This document shows, piece after piece, positions 49,119-59,301 of a stretch of 64,000 nt of DNA. The notes under the pieces were generated by a model. That model did no database searches. It saw only the letters and a list, made by a program, of their open reading frames with translations, and was not told where the DNA came from. Both the position numbers and the translations under genes were made by a program. The first letter of the stretch is position 1. Every line of letters starts with the position of its first letter. Source of the stretch: Thermodesulfobacteriota bacterium (GTDB lineage: Bacteria; Desulfobacterota_D; UBA1144; Nemesobacterales; JAJCZQ01); assembly GCA_965215275.1 (NCBI GenBank), contig OZ244044.1, positions 160,001 to 224,000 of the forward strand, read 5' to 3'.

Positions 49119-51122
49119 ATGAACTTATCCTACTCTCCCAATGAGTTAATAGTATTCGCTAAAAGAAATAAGCCCGTGCTCGGTTCGGTATGCTCAGTTA
49201 ACGATGACCTTCTGACGGTTTTATCAGAGGATGGAAAGCAGATTGACATCTGCTCTGATCAGATTGAACTGAAGACCTCAATAATAATAGATCCTGACGG
49301 AAAACTGATCCTAAGGGGCTATAGAAAACAGCTGAACGAAAGTATCAAGGAAATAGATCTGGAATTCTTATGGAAACAGGTAGCCGGGTCGGCTGAAAAA
49401 ATGTCCTTTGATGACCTGATCGAGATCTACTGCGACGGCAGAGCGTTTGACCGGGATGAAGTGTTAAAGGTCTACTGGGCCGTTAACAAGGACACTGTCT
49501 ATTTTAAAAAATTTGACGGGCAGTACTTTCCGTCATCCGAGTCGGAAGTGAACAGCAGGCTGTGGGAGATTGAAAAAGAGGAAAAAAGGAACCGGGAAAC
49601 CTCGGCTGCGTTAGAGTATTTTAAAAGTTTTATAAACGAAGACGTCCACTTCTGCGGAAAACCAGCGTTCGATATTGATTACTTCACCGACCTTATCAAG
49701 CATTACGTCGTTGCCGAAAGCAATAAGGAAAAATATAAGGAGGCCAGGTTCTTTGTCCATCAGCTTGGGATAAGCACTGCTGAAGATGCAGCTGAATTTT
49801 TGATAAAAACAGGTGCGTGGGAAAATGGTGCAAGCCCGGACCTGAAAAAACTTGAAGAATATGGAAAGTTTTCAAAAAGCTCTTTGAGAGAAGTTGAGAG
49901 TAAAATATCTTCGACTTTAGAAAAAGATGGTCTTGTTGATCTGACTTCCAGGGAAGTATTTACGATCGATGACGAAAATACCGAAGACATTGACGATGCG
50001 GTATCTGTTGAGTTAAAGAGCGACGTGGTCGAACTGGGGGTCCATATCTGCAACGTTGCCCATTACATAAAAAAGGGTTCCAGTCTGGACATTGAAGCAC
50101 GTGCCAATGGTCAGACCATCTATATACCCGATAAGCAGATCGGTATATTCCCTCAGAGCCTTATAAAAGAGAAGTTCAGCCTTTTTAAGGCAGATCTCAA
50201 GCCGGCGATATCCCTTCTGTTGCAACTTGATAAAAAAACCTATGAAATAAAGGATTACAGATTTATGAGATCAGTGATCTCGGTCTCAAACAACCTTTCC
50301 TATGAACAGGCGGCAAAAGGATTTCTTAAAGAAGAAAAAGGTAAGGAACTGGCAAATATAGCAATTGCCCTCAGAAGAAAAAGGATCAGTAAGGGTGCTT
50401 TTATTCTGCATTTACCTGAACTTAAGATCAGCGTTAATGAAGACGGTCGTGCAGCCACTTATAAGAACTACATGAACTCCATTCCGCACATTATTATTGC
50501 TGAACTCATGATCCTTACCAACAACTTAGCGGCTAAGTTCATAAAAAGCTATAAGATACCCTCAATATTCAGAGTACAGGATGAAGAGGTGCCACAAGAA
50601 GGAAGGGAATTAGATACGAACGACCCTCTGTATTCCATAAAGGTGGTTAAATATCTGAGACCGTCCATAACGCGTACCAGCCCTGGTCCCCATAGGTCGC
50701 TCGGACTTGACCCGTACGTGCAGATAACTTCCCCGATAAGGAGATATTTTGACTTGGTTGCCCAGAGACAGATCATCGGTATATTAGAAGGTAATGAATG
50801 GACCTATGATGATAAAGAGCTTTCTGATATCATCTCCACTGTAACAAACGGATTTGGCAAAAGAAGGCTTCTTCAAAAAGAAAGGAAAAAATACTGGTTA
50901 TACAGGTACTTACAAGACAATATTGAACAGGATATTAAAGGAATTGTCAGCTTTGTAAACGAGACGAACTTATCTGTTTACCTGACTGATCTCCTTATTG
51001 AGGTCCCGATCAGAAATAACCCTGTAAAAGATCTGAAGGAATATGACGAGGTCGTATTGAAAGTTGAACAGGTAGACCCTCTTAGAAAAAGGCTCAAATT
51101 AAAAGTAATTGATGTGAATTGA
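49119..51122 (+). CDS. RNB-domain exoribonuclease (RNase II/R family)
   Basis: TIDDENTEDIDDA, AELMILTN, TSPIRRYFDL, C-terminal S1-like domain. Confidence 0.88.
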   Translation: MNLSYSPNELIVFAKRNKPVLGSVCSVNDDLLTVLSEDGKQIDICSDQIELKTSIIIDPDGKLILRGYRKQLNESIKEIDLEFLWKQVAGSAEKMSFDDLIEIYCDGRAFDRDEVLKVYWAVNKDTVYFKKFDGQYFPSSESEVNSRLWEIEKEEKRNRETSAALEYFKSFINEDVHFCGKPAFDIDYFTDLIKHYVVAESNKEKYKEARFFVHQLGISTAEDAAEFLIKTGAWENGASPDLKKLEEYGKFSKSSLREVESKISSTLEKDGLVDLTSREVFTIDDENTEDIDDAVSVELKSDVVELGVHICNVAHYIKKGSSLDIEARANGQTIYIPDKQIGIFPQSLIKEKFSLFKADLKPAISLLLQLDKKTYEIKDYRFMRSVISVSNNLSYEQAAKGFLKEEKGKELANIAIALRRKRISKGAFILHLPELKISVNEDGRAATYKNYMNSIPHIIIAELMILTNNLAAKFIKSYKIPSIFRVQDEEVPQEGRELDTNDPLYSIKVVKYLRPSITRTSPGPHRSLGLDPYVQITSPIRRYFDLVAQRQIIGILEGNEWTYDDKELSDIISTVTNGFGKRRLLQKERKKYWLYRYLQDNIEQDIKGIVSFVNETNLSVYLTDLLIEVPIRNNPVKDLKEYDEVVLKVEQVDPLRKRLKLKVIDVN

Positions 51123-51234
51123 CTTTTAAAAAGAAACCATCTGAGTATATACTAAAAGAGTATCATAGGTTGTTTGATCGAATTCTGATATATAGTTGTT
51201 GTAAAAAACTTAAAAAAATAAACCGGAGGTAATT

Positions 51235-52122
51235 ATGAGTAACAAAATGAACAGTCTCTTTACGGGTTTCAGTTTTAAATACCCGATGATAATAATCATA
51301 CTGTTTTTTATTATTTCCAATGTCTTTGTGGTCGTTGACAGTGGCCATGTAGGCATTGTCAGAACCCTGGGTGCCGTACAGCTTGACGCACTGCCGGAGG
51401 GTTTCCATTTTAGAAAACCGATCATTGATAAGGTTGAGCAGATGGACGTCAGACTTACAAAAGCGAATGCAAAGGCCCAGGCTGCCTCAAAGGACCTGCA
51501 GACCGTCAGAACTCAGGTCACGGTGCAGTACTCACTGGTGGGAGAAGTCGCTCCGTTAACCTTTCAGAAAATAGGAAATAGAGATATAGTCTCTGCCACA
51601 CTTATTGAACCTGCGATCCAGGAATCCGTTAAGGCCATTACTGCACAGTATACCGCGGAGCAACTCGTAACCAAAAGAGCAGAGGTAAAACTTCAGATAC
51701 AGGAAGCAATTAACAACTTTATTTATATAACTCTTAAGGAAAAAGGTGTTGATAATTCCCTGCGGATCGCAAACGTTGCCATTACGGACTTTGATTTCTC
51801 CGACGAATTCAACAGGGCAATTGAGCTGAAGGTAAAGGCAGAACAGGAAGCCCTCCAGGCAAAAAACGAAAAAACCAGAAGGGTTACGCAGGCTGAAGCC
51901 GCAGCGGCTGAAAGAGAACTGGCTGCAGATGCGGAGGCTTATGAGATCACGGTTGCCTCAAAGGCCCGGGCAGAGGCGATCAGAAGGGAAGCTAAGGCGC
52001 TTAAGAACAATCCAGAACTTATTCAGCTCAGAGTGGCAGAGAAATGGGATGGTAAACTTCCAAAGTTTTCCGGAAGTGAAGCAGTGCCTCTTATAAATTT
52101 AGATGCAGTGCTTGGAAGATAG
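51235..52122 (+). CDS. Prohibitin/SPFH domain membrane protein
   Basis: N-terminal TM, VVDSGHVG, ASKDLQ, AIELKVKAEQ, EKWDGKLP. Confidence 0.88.
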   Translation: MSNKMNSLFTGFSFKYPMIIIILFFIISNVFVVVDSGHVGIVRTLGAVQLDALPEGFHFRKPIIDKVEQMDVRLTKANAKAQAASKDLQTVRTQVTVQYSLVGEVAPLTFQKIGNRDIVSATLIEPAIQESVKAITAQYTAEQLVTKRAEVKLQIQEAINNFIYITLKEKGVDNSLRIANVAITDFDFSDEFNRAIELKVKAEQEALQAKNEKTRRVTQAEAAAAERELAADAEAYEITVASKARAEAIRREAKALKNNPELIQLRVAEKWDGKLPKFSGSEAVPLINLDAVLGR

Positions 52123-52181
52123 TATTTTTACTGAACCGCTGTCCAGAAAGTACCTATAAGCCAGATAAGCTGAACCTCCAT

Positions 52182-52500
52182 TCAGTATATCTTAAGAAGT
52201 TCCTTTCTGATCACTGCTCCGAGCAGATCAGGAAAGACATAGTTATGATCGGAGGTTGCACGTCCACCACCGCCAGGACCAGCATCTTATGTTAATATCT
52301 AAAGCTGGTCCTGGTGTTGGATTCACTGCCCCTACCCTGATCATGAAGTTCAGTTCATCCGTATTTCCATCTTCGTCTTCTGCCGTAGAGGTGTAAGTAC
52401 TGAAAGAGTGCTCCACTTCCTCCCGCTGCCTCAGGTAGAATTGCTGTAATTGAACTCTCTACTACGCACTGCCGATTGGAGATGGCTACTCCCCCACTCC
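52182..52500 (-). pseudogene. Decayed fragment of the Ig-repeat/GGGGC-anchor surface protein family
   Basis: Frameshifted pieces GVAISNRQCVVESSITAILPEAAGGSGAL, TYTSTAEDEDGNTDELNFMIRV..PTPGP and GPGGGGRATSDHNYVFPDLLGAVIRKELLKIY* resemble the two intact paralogues. Confidence 0.75.
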
Positions 52501-52791
52501 CTTAAATGAAATTCTGTTATCCAGGTTAGAAGTATAAGTGTTTTCTACGACGGGATAGAGAGAGGTAAAACCTTGAATTAATGCGGTATTGATACTTTTT
52601 ATCCTGACCGAAAGGTTATTTTCATGTCCAGGTTATAGTATGTAATTCCCGGAGTTAAATAGCATTGCTTTTCAGATTTTGCTCAGAACCCATGCAATTC
52701 AGCTTTAACTGGTTTTCTTAAAAAGAACTTTACAACGAACACCTAAAAGTTCTATAATCAATGGTATATCTTTTCTAAAGAGAGGTTTTAA

Positions 52792-54882
52792 ATGTCGTTG
52801 GAAATAGACTCGGAGAGAGTACGCAACATAGCTGTAATAGGTTCCCATGGAGTTGGAAAGACCAGTTTGTCAGAAGGATTACTTTTCATTAGCGGTGCCA
52901 CAAGTACGCTGGGAAAAGTGGATGATAACAGTTCGGTCCTTGATCACACAAAAGAAGAAAAGCAGAGAAAAATGTCCTTGACTTCTCACGTTGCCTATTT
53001 TGAGCATGAAGGACATCTTATAAACATTATCGACACCCCTGGGTTCTCGAATTTCCTGTTCGATGCAGATAGTGCGATCAAAGTAGCCGATGCGGTTATC
53101 TTTGTGGTAAATGGAGTTGAAAATTCAGGAGAACAGCTTGACAGATACTGGAGCATGGCGGCTGAAAACGACGTTCCGAGGATCTTGTTTATGAACAATA
53201 TGGACAAAGAACATGCTAATTTCGAGAAATCCTTGGAATATGTAGAGAAGAGCCTCAATATCAAAACAGTTCCGATCACAATACCTATGGGACAGGGAAA
53301 TGACTTTGGAGGAGTGATAAACCTTTTTGAGATGAAAGCCTTTGTATATAAAGGTGAGAACAAGTTCGACGTTCTTGAAATCCCGGAAAATATGGTTCAG
53401 ATGGCAAACGACTGCTATGATAAGGTCCTTGAGACCATAGCCGAACAGGATGACGAGACCCTGGTCAAATATCTTGAAGGTGAGGAGATCGGCCACGATA
53501 CCGTTATCGATATGTACAAGAAAGGCGTAAAGGAATCAACGATCTATCCTATGCTGATAGGCTCTTCAAAAAAGCTTCTGGGCCTATACTCTCTTTTGCA
53601 GGATATCAAGAGCCTGCTGCCGTCCCCGACCGAGGGAGAAGATATGGTCTGCAAAAATCCCGATGGGGATGACGTTACAAGGTCACCAGACAGTACAGGT
53701 CCTTCCTCTTTATATATATTTAAAACGGTATCTGACCCTTTTGCAGGCAAAATAAGTATCGGAAAGGTCCTGTCAGGTACTGTCAAAGCTGACTCAACGC
53801 TCTACAATTCCCACACCAGTTCTAAGATAAAGATCTCTAATCTGTCTCGATTGATCGGAAAGAACGAACATAAGATAAACGAGGCAAAAGCAGGGGATAT
53901 AGTCGGATTGAGCAAGCTCAAGGACGTGAATACGGGTACGACCTTGAGCGACGTTGACCATCCGTGCGTGATCGCTCCAGTGGAATTACCGCAGGCCGTC
54001 CTTTCTTTTGCCATAGAACCTAAAACAAGGGCCGATGAGGATAAACTTACGGTTTCTCTCTCAAGGATAATGGAGGAGGACCCCACGATAAAATTTCATA
54101 AGGAACCGGAAACGAACGAATTCCTTATTTCAGGTACAGGGCAGACACACGTTGAAGTAACGGTTGAAAAACTGCGGAACTCTTATGGAGTGAACGTTAA
54201 TCTGAAAACCCCCAAGGTACCGTACAGAGAGACCATTAAGGGCAGATCTGAAGCAGAAGGTAAGTACGTCAAGCAGACCGGGGGCAGAGGCCAGTACGGT
54301 GTTGCCAGACTGCGTATAGAACCTCTTCAGAACGGAGAAAGTTACGAATTTGTAAATGAAATAGTTGGCGGGGTTATACCGAAAAATTTTATTCCCTCAG
54401 TTGAAAAAGGGGTACAGGACGCAATGAAGAAAGGTGTTCTTGCAGGATTTCCGGTGACGGACGTTAAAATTTCCCTGTTCGATGGTAAATATCATCCCGT
54501 GGACTCTTCCGACGTTGCTTTCCAGATAGCGGGTTCAATGGGATTTAAAAAGGCAATGGAGAACGCCAGCCCGGTACTCCTGGAACCGATCATGAAAATG
54601 AACATACACGTCCCGGAGGACAATATGGGGGATGTGATCGGCGATATAAACGCCAGAAGGGGCAAGGTGGCAGGGGTGGACTCTTCTGTGACCGGTCATC
54701 ACCTTATCGACGCTCTGGTGCCAATGTCGGAAGTTATGACCTACGCACCTGAACTGAGGTCCATTACGAGCGGCAGAGGAAGTTTTACAATGGAATTTTC
54801 CCGCTATGAAGAAGTGCCGTCACAGGTATCCGCCGAAATAGTGGAACAGTTCAGGACCGCACAGGAACAAACTGATACCTGA
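52792..54882 (+). CDS. Elongation factor G-like protein (divergent EF-G paralogue)
   Basis: GSHGVGKTS, IIDTPG, KQTGGRGQYG, YHPVDSSD, LRSITSGRG; not adjacent to rpsL/rpsG. Confidence 0.88.
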   Translation: MSLEIDSERVRNIAVIGSHGVGKTSLSEGLLFISGATSTLGKVDDNSSVLDHTKEEKQRKMSLTSHVAYFEHEGHLINIIDTPGFSNFLFDADSAIKVADAVIFVVNGVENSGEQLDRYWSMAAENDVPRILFMNNMDKEHANFEKSLEYVEKSLNIKTVPITIPMGQGNDFGGVINLFEMKAFVYKGENKFDVLEIPENMVQMANDCYDKVLETIAEQDDETLVKYLEGEEIGHDTVIDMYKKGVKESTIYPMLIGSSKKLLGLYSLLQDIKSLLPSPTEGEDMVCKNPDGDDVTRSPDSTGPSSLYIFKTVSDPFAGKISIGKVLSGTVKADSTLYNSHTSSKIKISNLSRLIGKNEHKINEAKAGDIVGLSKLKDVNTGTTLSDVDHPCVIAPVELPQAVLSFAIEPKTRADEDKLTVSLSRIMEEDPTIKFHKEPETNEFLISGTGQTHVEVTVEKLRNSYGVNVNLKTPKVPYRETIKGRSEAEGKYVKQTGGRGQYGVARLRIEPLQNGESYEFVNEIVGGVIPKNFIPSVEKGVQDAMKKGVLAGFPVTDVKISLFDGKYHPVDSSDVAFQIAGSMGFKKAMENASPVLLEPIMKMNIHVPEDNMGDVIGDINARRGKVAGVDSSVTGHHLIDALVPMSEVMTYAPELRSITSGRGSFTMEFSRYEEVPSQVSAEIVEQFRTAQEQTDT

Positions 54883-54921
54883 CAGGTCCTGTCTTTTTTG
54901 CTCAATACACTTCGTTCTGAG

Positions 54922-55551
54922 CTACGGTGCTATCCTCTCAATGACCCATTTATGGTCTTCTAACCTGTATCTGAACCTGTCGTGAAGTCTGTTCTTTCTG
55001 CCTTGCCAGAACTCAAATCCTTCCGCTGTTAACATGTAGCCCTTCCAGTGTTCCGGTCTTGGGACTTCGGTCCCTGTGAACTTTTTATCGTAATGCCGGT
55101 AAAGCCTGTCAAGTTCTTCCCTGCTTTCTAATACATTACTCTGGTCTGATGCCCAGGCACCCAGCTGACTTCCCCGTGGTCGGGTTTTAAAGTAAAGGTC
55201 GCTTTCCTCGTCCTTTAGATTTTCCACGACCCCTTCGATCCTGACCTGTCTTTCCACTTCGTTCCACCAGAAGCACATCGAGGCCCTGTTGTTCTTTTCC
55301 AGCTCTTTTCCCTTTTTGCTGTTCATGTTCGTGTAAAACTTAAATCCGTTCCCGGTCCTGCCCTTATACAGAAGGACCCTGGAAGACGGTGCCTTATCGT
55401 CCGCCACGGTGGAAAGTACGAAAGCGTCCGCATATTTTATTCTGGAAGTTACGGCTTCTTTATACCAGATATCGAACTGCTCGAGCGGGTCAGAGGACAG
55501 ATGTTCCCTTCGCAGCTGCATAAGTTCATATTGGGTATCTTTTGATGACAT
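54922..55551 (-). CDS. pdxH: Pyridoxamine 5'-phosphate oxidase
   Basis: RVLLYK, FYTN..SKKG, RQVRIEG, EFWQGRKNRLHDR. Confidence 0.95.
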   Translation of the reverse strand: MSSKDTQYELMQLRREHLSSDPLEQFDIWYKEAVTSRIKYADAFVLSTVADDKAPSSRVLLYKGRTGNGFKFYTNMNSKKGKELEKNNRASMCFWWNEVERQVRIEGVVENLKDEESDLYFKTRPRGSQLGAWASDQSNVLESREELDRLYRHYDKKFTGTEVPRPEHWKGYMLTAEGFEFWQGRKNRLHDRFRYRLEDHKWVIERIAP

Positions 55552-55552
55552 T

Positions 55553-56470
55553 TTATTTCACCAGCTTGATCAGGGTTCTTTTTATATCCGTGTCGATAAA
55601 CCTGTAACCGTTTTCCAGCAGTTTCCCTGGTCTTACGTTTACGCCGGAAAGTATGACCTCCTCTGCCATTTCTCCAAAGATCGATCTTATAATAAATCCA
55701 GGCAGATGAAAAAAAGCAGGTCTGTTAAGGACCTCTGCCAGTATCTTTGTAAAATGGGCATTGGTGCACGGGTTAGGAGATACAAGGTTTACCGGTCCTT
55801 CTATCTTATCATTTTTCAGAACGAACTTTATCGAGGAAACTATATCGTCAATGGATATCCAGCTCCATATCTGCTCGCCGCTGCCTATATGGCCCCCCAG
55901 TCCCAGACTGAAAGGCAGTAGCATCTTTGATAACGCTCCACCTCTTTTATCCAGCACCAGACCGATCCTCAGGTTAACCACCCTGGCACCAAGCTCCCTT
56001 GCACGACCTGCTGCTGCTTCCCAGTCCCTGGCAAGTCCTGCAAGAAAGCCCGAACCCGATAATTCGGAACGTTCATCTGCCATGACGGACCCGGCGGGAC
56101 TGTATATCCCTATTGCCGAGGCACATAGGAAATGTCCGGGAGGATCTGATACCTTTTTAAATATATCTGCAAGTAACCTTGTGGTGTCTACCCTGCTTTT
56201 AACGATCCTTCTTTTCTTTCTTTCGGTCCATCTGCTGACGATGTTCTCACCAGCTAAATGTATTACCGAATCAAACCCTTCAAAATCAGACAGTTCATAG
56301 TTTTCGTTCTCATAATCTATAAATACCGTGTCTCTGGAAGACCTTGAAGCGGACCTTGCCAGTTTTATCACCTCATGACCTTCATCCGTAAGAGCGGTTA
56401 CCAGACTTCTTCCTATCAGTCCACTGGAACCTGAAATAAGTATTCTCATTGAAAGCTGATCCTGTCCCAT
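55553..56470 (-). CDS. TIGR01777-type NAD-dependent epimerase family protein
   Basis: SGSSGLIG, IHLAGENI..RW, ASAIGIY, GSGEQIWSWISIDD. Confidence 0.88.
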   Translation of the reverse strand: MGQDQLSMRILISGSSGLIGRSLVTALTDEGHEVIKLARSASRSSRDTVFIDYENENYELSDFEGFDSVIHLAGENIVSRWTERKKRRIVKSRVDTTRLLADIFKKVSDPPGHFLCASAIGIYSPAGSVMADERSELSGSGFLAGLARDWEAAAGRARELGARVVNLRIGLVLDKRGGALSKMLLPFSLGLGGHIGSGEQIWSWISIDDIVSSIKFVLKNDKIEGPVNLVSPNPCTNAHFTKILAEVLNRPAFFHLPGFIIRSIFGEMAEEVILSGVNVRPGKLLENGYRFIDTDIKRTLIKLVK

Positions 56471-56488
56471 TGATACCCTCGTTAAAAC

Positions 56489-57505
56489 TTAATTTCCAAA
56501 AACACGAAGCAGTTCATATTGATATTTTTTAACGTCCTCGTAATCAATAAAATAATGCGGGACGCTCAGTATCGGCAGATCTATTATCTTTCTGTAACCG
56601 TCTATTTTTTCTCTGCATTGGTCCTCGTTGCCGATCACTGCAAAGTTCTCGACCATATCGTCTGAAACGTTTTCGATCATCCCTTTGATGTCCTTATTGA
56701 AGTACGCGTCCCTTATTCTTCTCGTCTGGTCGGAAAATCCTGCCATCTCAAAAGGCCGTCTGTAAGTCTTAACCACTGCATAAAACCCTATGGTCGCCTT
56801 TGCCGCTTTTTTAGCTTTTTCGGCTTCTCTGGGTTTATTCGCAACGGCACAGGTAATGATAGAAGATACCGTAAAATCACTTCTTTGTTTATCTGCTTCT
56901 TCAAGTCCCTCATTGATCGCCGGTATTATACTGTCTTTCAAATAGCTTTTATGACAGACGACGTGACCTAAATAACCATCTGCGATCTTAGCCGACGATC
57001 TTGCCATGTTATTCCCTATACCGGCCATATACAGGGGTATTTTATCCCTGACGGGTTTAAAGGCCCTTTTAAATCCCCTGGTGTTTATATCGTAATATTC
57101 ACCACTGTACCTGTGCTCTGTATCCATGTGTGAGGATGATATATAGTGCCTGATTATCTCCACGCATTCCTCTATCCTTTTAACTGGTTTTCCGTACTTG
57201 ATCCCATGGTACCTTTCGTTGGTGTTCTTTGCCCCTGTCCCAAGTCCCAGTATGAACCTTCCATCGGACATTTCATCCAGATCAAGTGCCGTCAGTGAGG
57301 TGATCAAAGGACTTCTTGTAAAAGCCAGTGCAACGGCACTTCCCAGTTTTATTCTGTTTGTCACGGAGGAGACGGCGGCCAGTTGCTGAAAAGAGGTCCT
57401 GTACAGTTCGGTCGACCAGACTGAATGGAAGTTCGAACCTTCAGCCCTTATGGCCAGTTCCTTAATATCCTCAATTGATGCAGAATCAAGTATTAATCCC
57501 GTCAT
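56489..57505 (-). CDS. LLM-class flavin-dependent oxidoreductase
   Basis: T..IKLGSAV....RSP, SDGRFILGLGTG, IPLYMAG, KIADGY. Confidence 0.85.
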   Translation of the reverse strand: MTGLILDSASIEDIKELAIRAEGSNFHSVWSTELYRTSFQQLAAVSSVTNRIKLGSAVALAFTRSPLITSLTALDLDEMSDGRFILGLGTGAKNTNERYHGIKYGKPVKRIEECVEIIRHYISSSHMDTEHRYSGEYYDINTRGFKRAFKPVRDKIPLYMAGIGNNMARSSAKIADGYLGHVVCHKSYLKDSIIPAINEGLEEADKQRSDFTVSSIITCAVANKPREAEKAKKAAKATIGFYAVVKTYRRPFEMAGFSDQTRRIRDAYFNKDIKGMIENVSDDMVENFAVIGNEDQCREKIDGYRKIIDLPILSVPHYFIDYEDVKKYQYELLRVFGN

Positions 57506-57664
57506 TAAAGCCTTATACCAGTATCACAAAGGTCAGATCCTGGTTTTTACCTTTTTGTATCAGTTCTCTTGCAAGAAATTAAATAATTTTTACTGTTAGA
57601 GTATATTATAACGAGAGATAGGACTTTTTAGAAAAACACAAAGAGGTATCATACAGGATAAAAG

Positions 57665-58345
57665 ATGGATAAACGTACTGATCATACAGGTATCTTCAAG
57701 TTCATAATATCTTCCGTCCGGGTCCACAAGATGTTCAATTTTATGTGTTCGCTGGTGATATTACTGGTCCTGTCGGCTGCGATGGAAGATTATAAATATG
57801 GAGATCTGGTACTTGGCTGTCTAAGCGTTCTTGTGATCGCTGCAGGCGTGTACGTTGCGTCTGCGAATAAAAGGTCAGTGGTGATATTGCTTATACTGGC
57901 TCTCCCGTGGTTCCTTTCCGAATGGTTTTTTACGATCGACAAGGCCGTTTTTGTTGGGTTTTTTTTCTTTCTTTACGTGATCTGGATCTTGTTCGATATG
58001 ATCCTCAAGTCAAAGGACATAACGGAAAACACTTTGTATAGTGCGGTCTGTATCTATCTTCTGATCGGACTTCTCTGGGCATCGCTTTACGGCCTGATAG
58101 ATGAAATAGTACCGGGGGTGATCTTTTCGGACCAGCATGAAAAAAGTTACTTAACTCACAATGAACTCATCTATTTCAGTTACACAACACTGACGACGCT
58201 GGGATACGGGGATATAACGTCCATAACTCCCGTTGGAAGGATAATGTCTGTTATAGAGGCGATTACCGGACAGCTCTTTATCGTTTTCATGGTCGGAAGA
58301 CTGCTGAGTATATACTCTTTCAAGTCCAGAAGGGACGATAGATAA
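57665..58345 (+). CDS. Potassium channel family protein
   Basis: Multiple TM segments, YFSYTTLTTLGYGDI selectivity filter. Confidence 0.88.
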   Translation: MDKRTDHTGIFKFIISSVRVHKMFNFMCSLVILLVLSAAMEDYKYGDLVLGCLSVLVIAAGVYVASANKRSVVILLILALPWFLSEWFFTIDKAVFVGFFFFLYVIWILFDMILKSKDITENTLYSAVCIYLLIGLLWASLYGLIDEIVPGVIFSDQHEKSYLTHNELIYFSYTTLTTLGYGDITSITPVGRIMSVIEAITGQLFIVFMVGRLLSIYSFKSRRDDR

Positions 58346-58371
58346 GCTGCTAGTCTAGGGCTTTATTACCT

Positions 58372-59208
58372 TTAACGGCCGTTATCTCTGAGCTGCTTCA
58401 GAAGCTTTATATCAGCGGCAACTTTATCAGGAGGATTTTCAACTATAACGTCCATAGGAGCTAGCCTCTTGTCACCTATTATCGTTTTAAATCCTTCTAC
58501 ACCTATATTACCTTTCCCTATGAGTTCATGTCGGTCTTTTCTTTCACCCAGACCGACACCTGTATCATTACCGTGTATCAGCTTAATACGGTCCATCCCG
58601 AACGTTCTATCAGCCTGCTCAAGCGAGAGGTTGAGCGCTTTACTGCTTCTGATATCATAACCTGCGCCGAACATATGGGCCGTATCAAGACAGACCCCCA
58701 GATCGCTTTTGTTAACGCGGTCCAGTATGAAGGCAAGTTCCTCGAACCTATGACCGATCGTATCACCCTGTCCTGCCGAGTTCTCAAGCAGCAGGGCAGC
58801 TTGTCCTTCGTACCCTTCCAGGACCTTAATGATCGAAGCAGCGACCCTGTCCAGTGCCACCTTACGGTCCATACCTTTTGAACTTCCGAGATGGGTCATT
58901 ACGTACGTTACTTCAAGAAGTGATGCTCTTTCCAGGTCCTCTCTGATGATCCTTATTGAATTATCCCTGACGTCCTCGTTCACAGAGGCTAAGTTCAGAA
59001 AGTAAGGCGTGTGAACGTGGTAGCCGCTGAAGCCGTATTTTCTGCAGTCTGATAAGAACTTATCAACTACTTTATCGTCCAGCGGAGACGGCTTTCCTCC
59101 CCTTGGGGACCTTGTAAACAGCTGAAAGCATTCACACCCCAGTTCAAAGGCCCTGCCGGGTGCGTTGTCGATCCCTCCGGCGATCGATACATGAGTTCCA
59201 AAATGCAT
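58372..59208 (-). CDS. nfo: Endonuclease IV
   Basis: GTHVSIAGG, HTPYFLNLAS, ENSAGQG, CLDTAH, DRHELIG. Confidence 0.93.
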   Translation of the reverse strand: MHFGTHVSIAGGIDNAPGRAFELGCECFQLFTRSPRGGKPSPLDDKVVDKFLSDCRKYGFSGYHVHTPYFLNLASVNEDVRDNSIRIIREDLERASLLEVTYVMTHLGSSKGMDRKVALDRVAASIIKVLEGYEGQAALLLENSAGQGDTIGHRFEELAFILDRVNKSDLGVCLDTAHMFGAGYDIRSSKALNLSLEQADRTFGMDRIKLIHGNDTGVGLGERKDRHELIGKGNIGVEGFKTIIGDKRLAPMDVIVENPPDKVAADIKLLKQLRDNGR

Positions 59209-59301
59209 TAGATATATCTCCTGATCAATGTTTTAAATAAAACAGTTACAGTGCATACTTAAAGCAGTTTCTACATAAACGTACATAGTTCCCACAGATT
59301 T

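Noticed and set aside
52273..52314. 11-bp inverted repeat CCAGGACCAGC/GCTGGTCCTGG
   Set aside because: Lies in Pro/Gly linker codons of the pseudogene remnant; probably incidental
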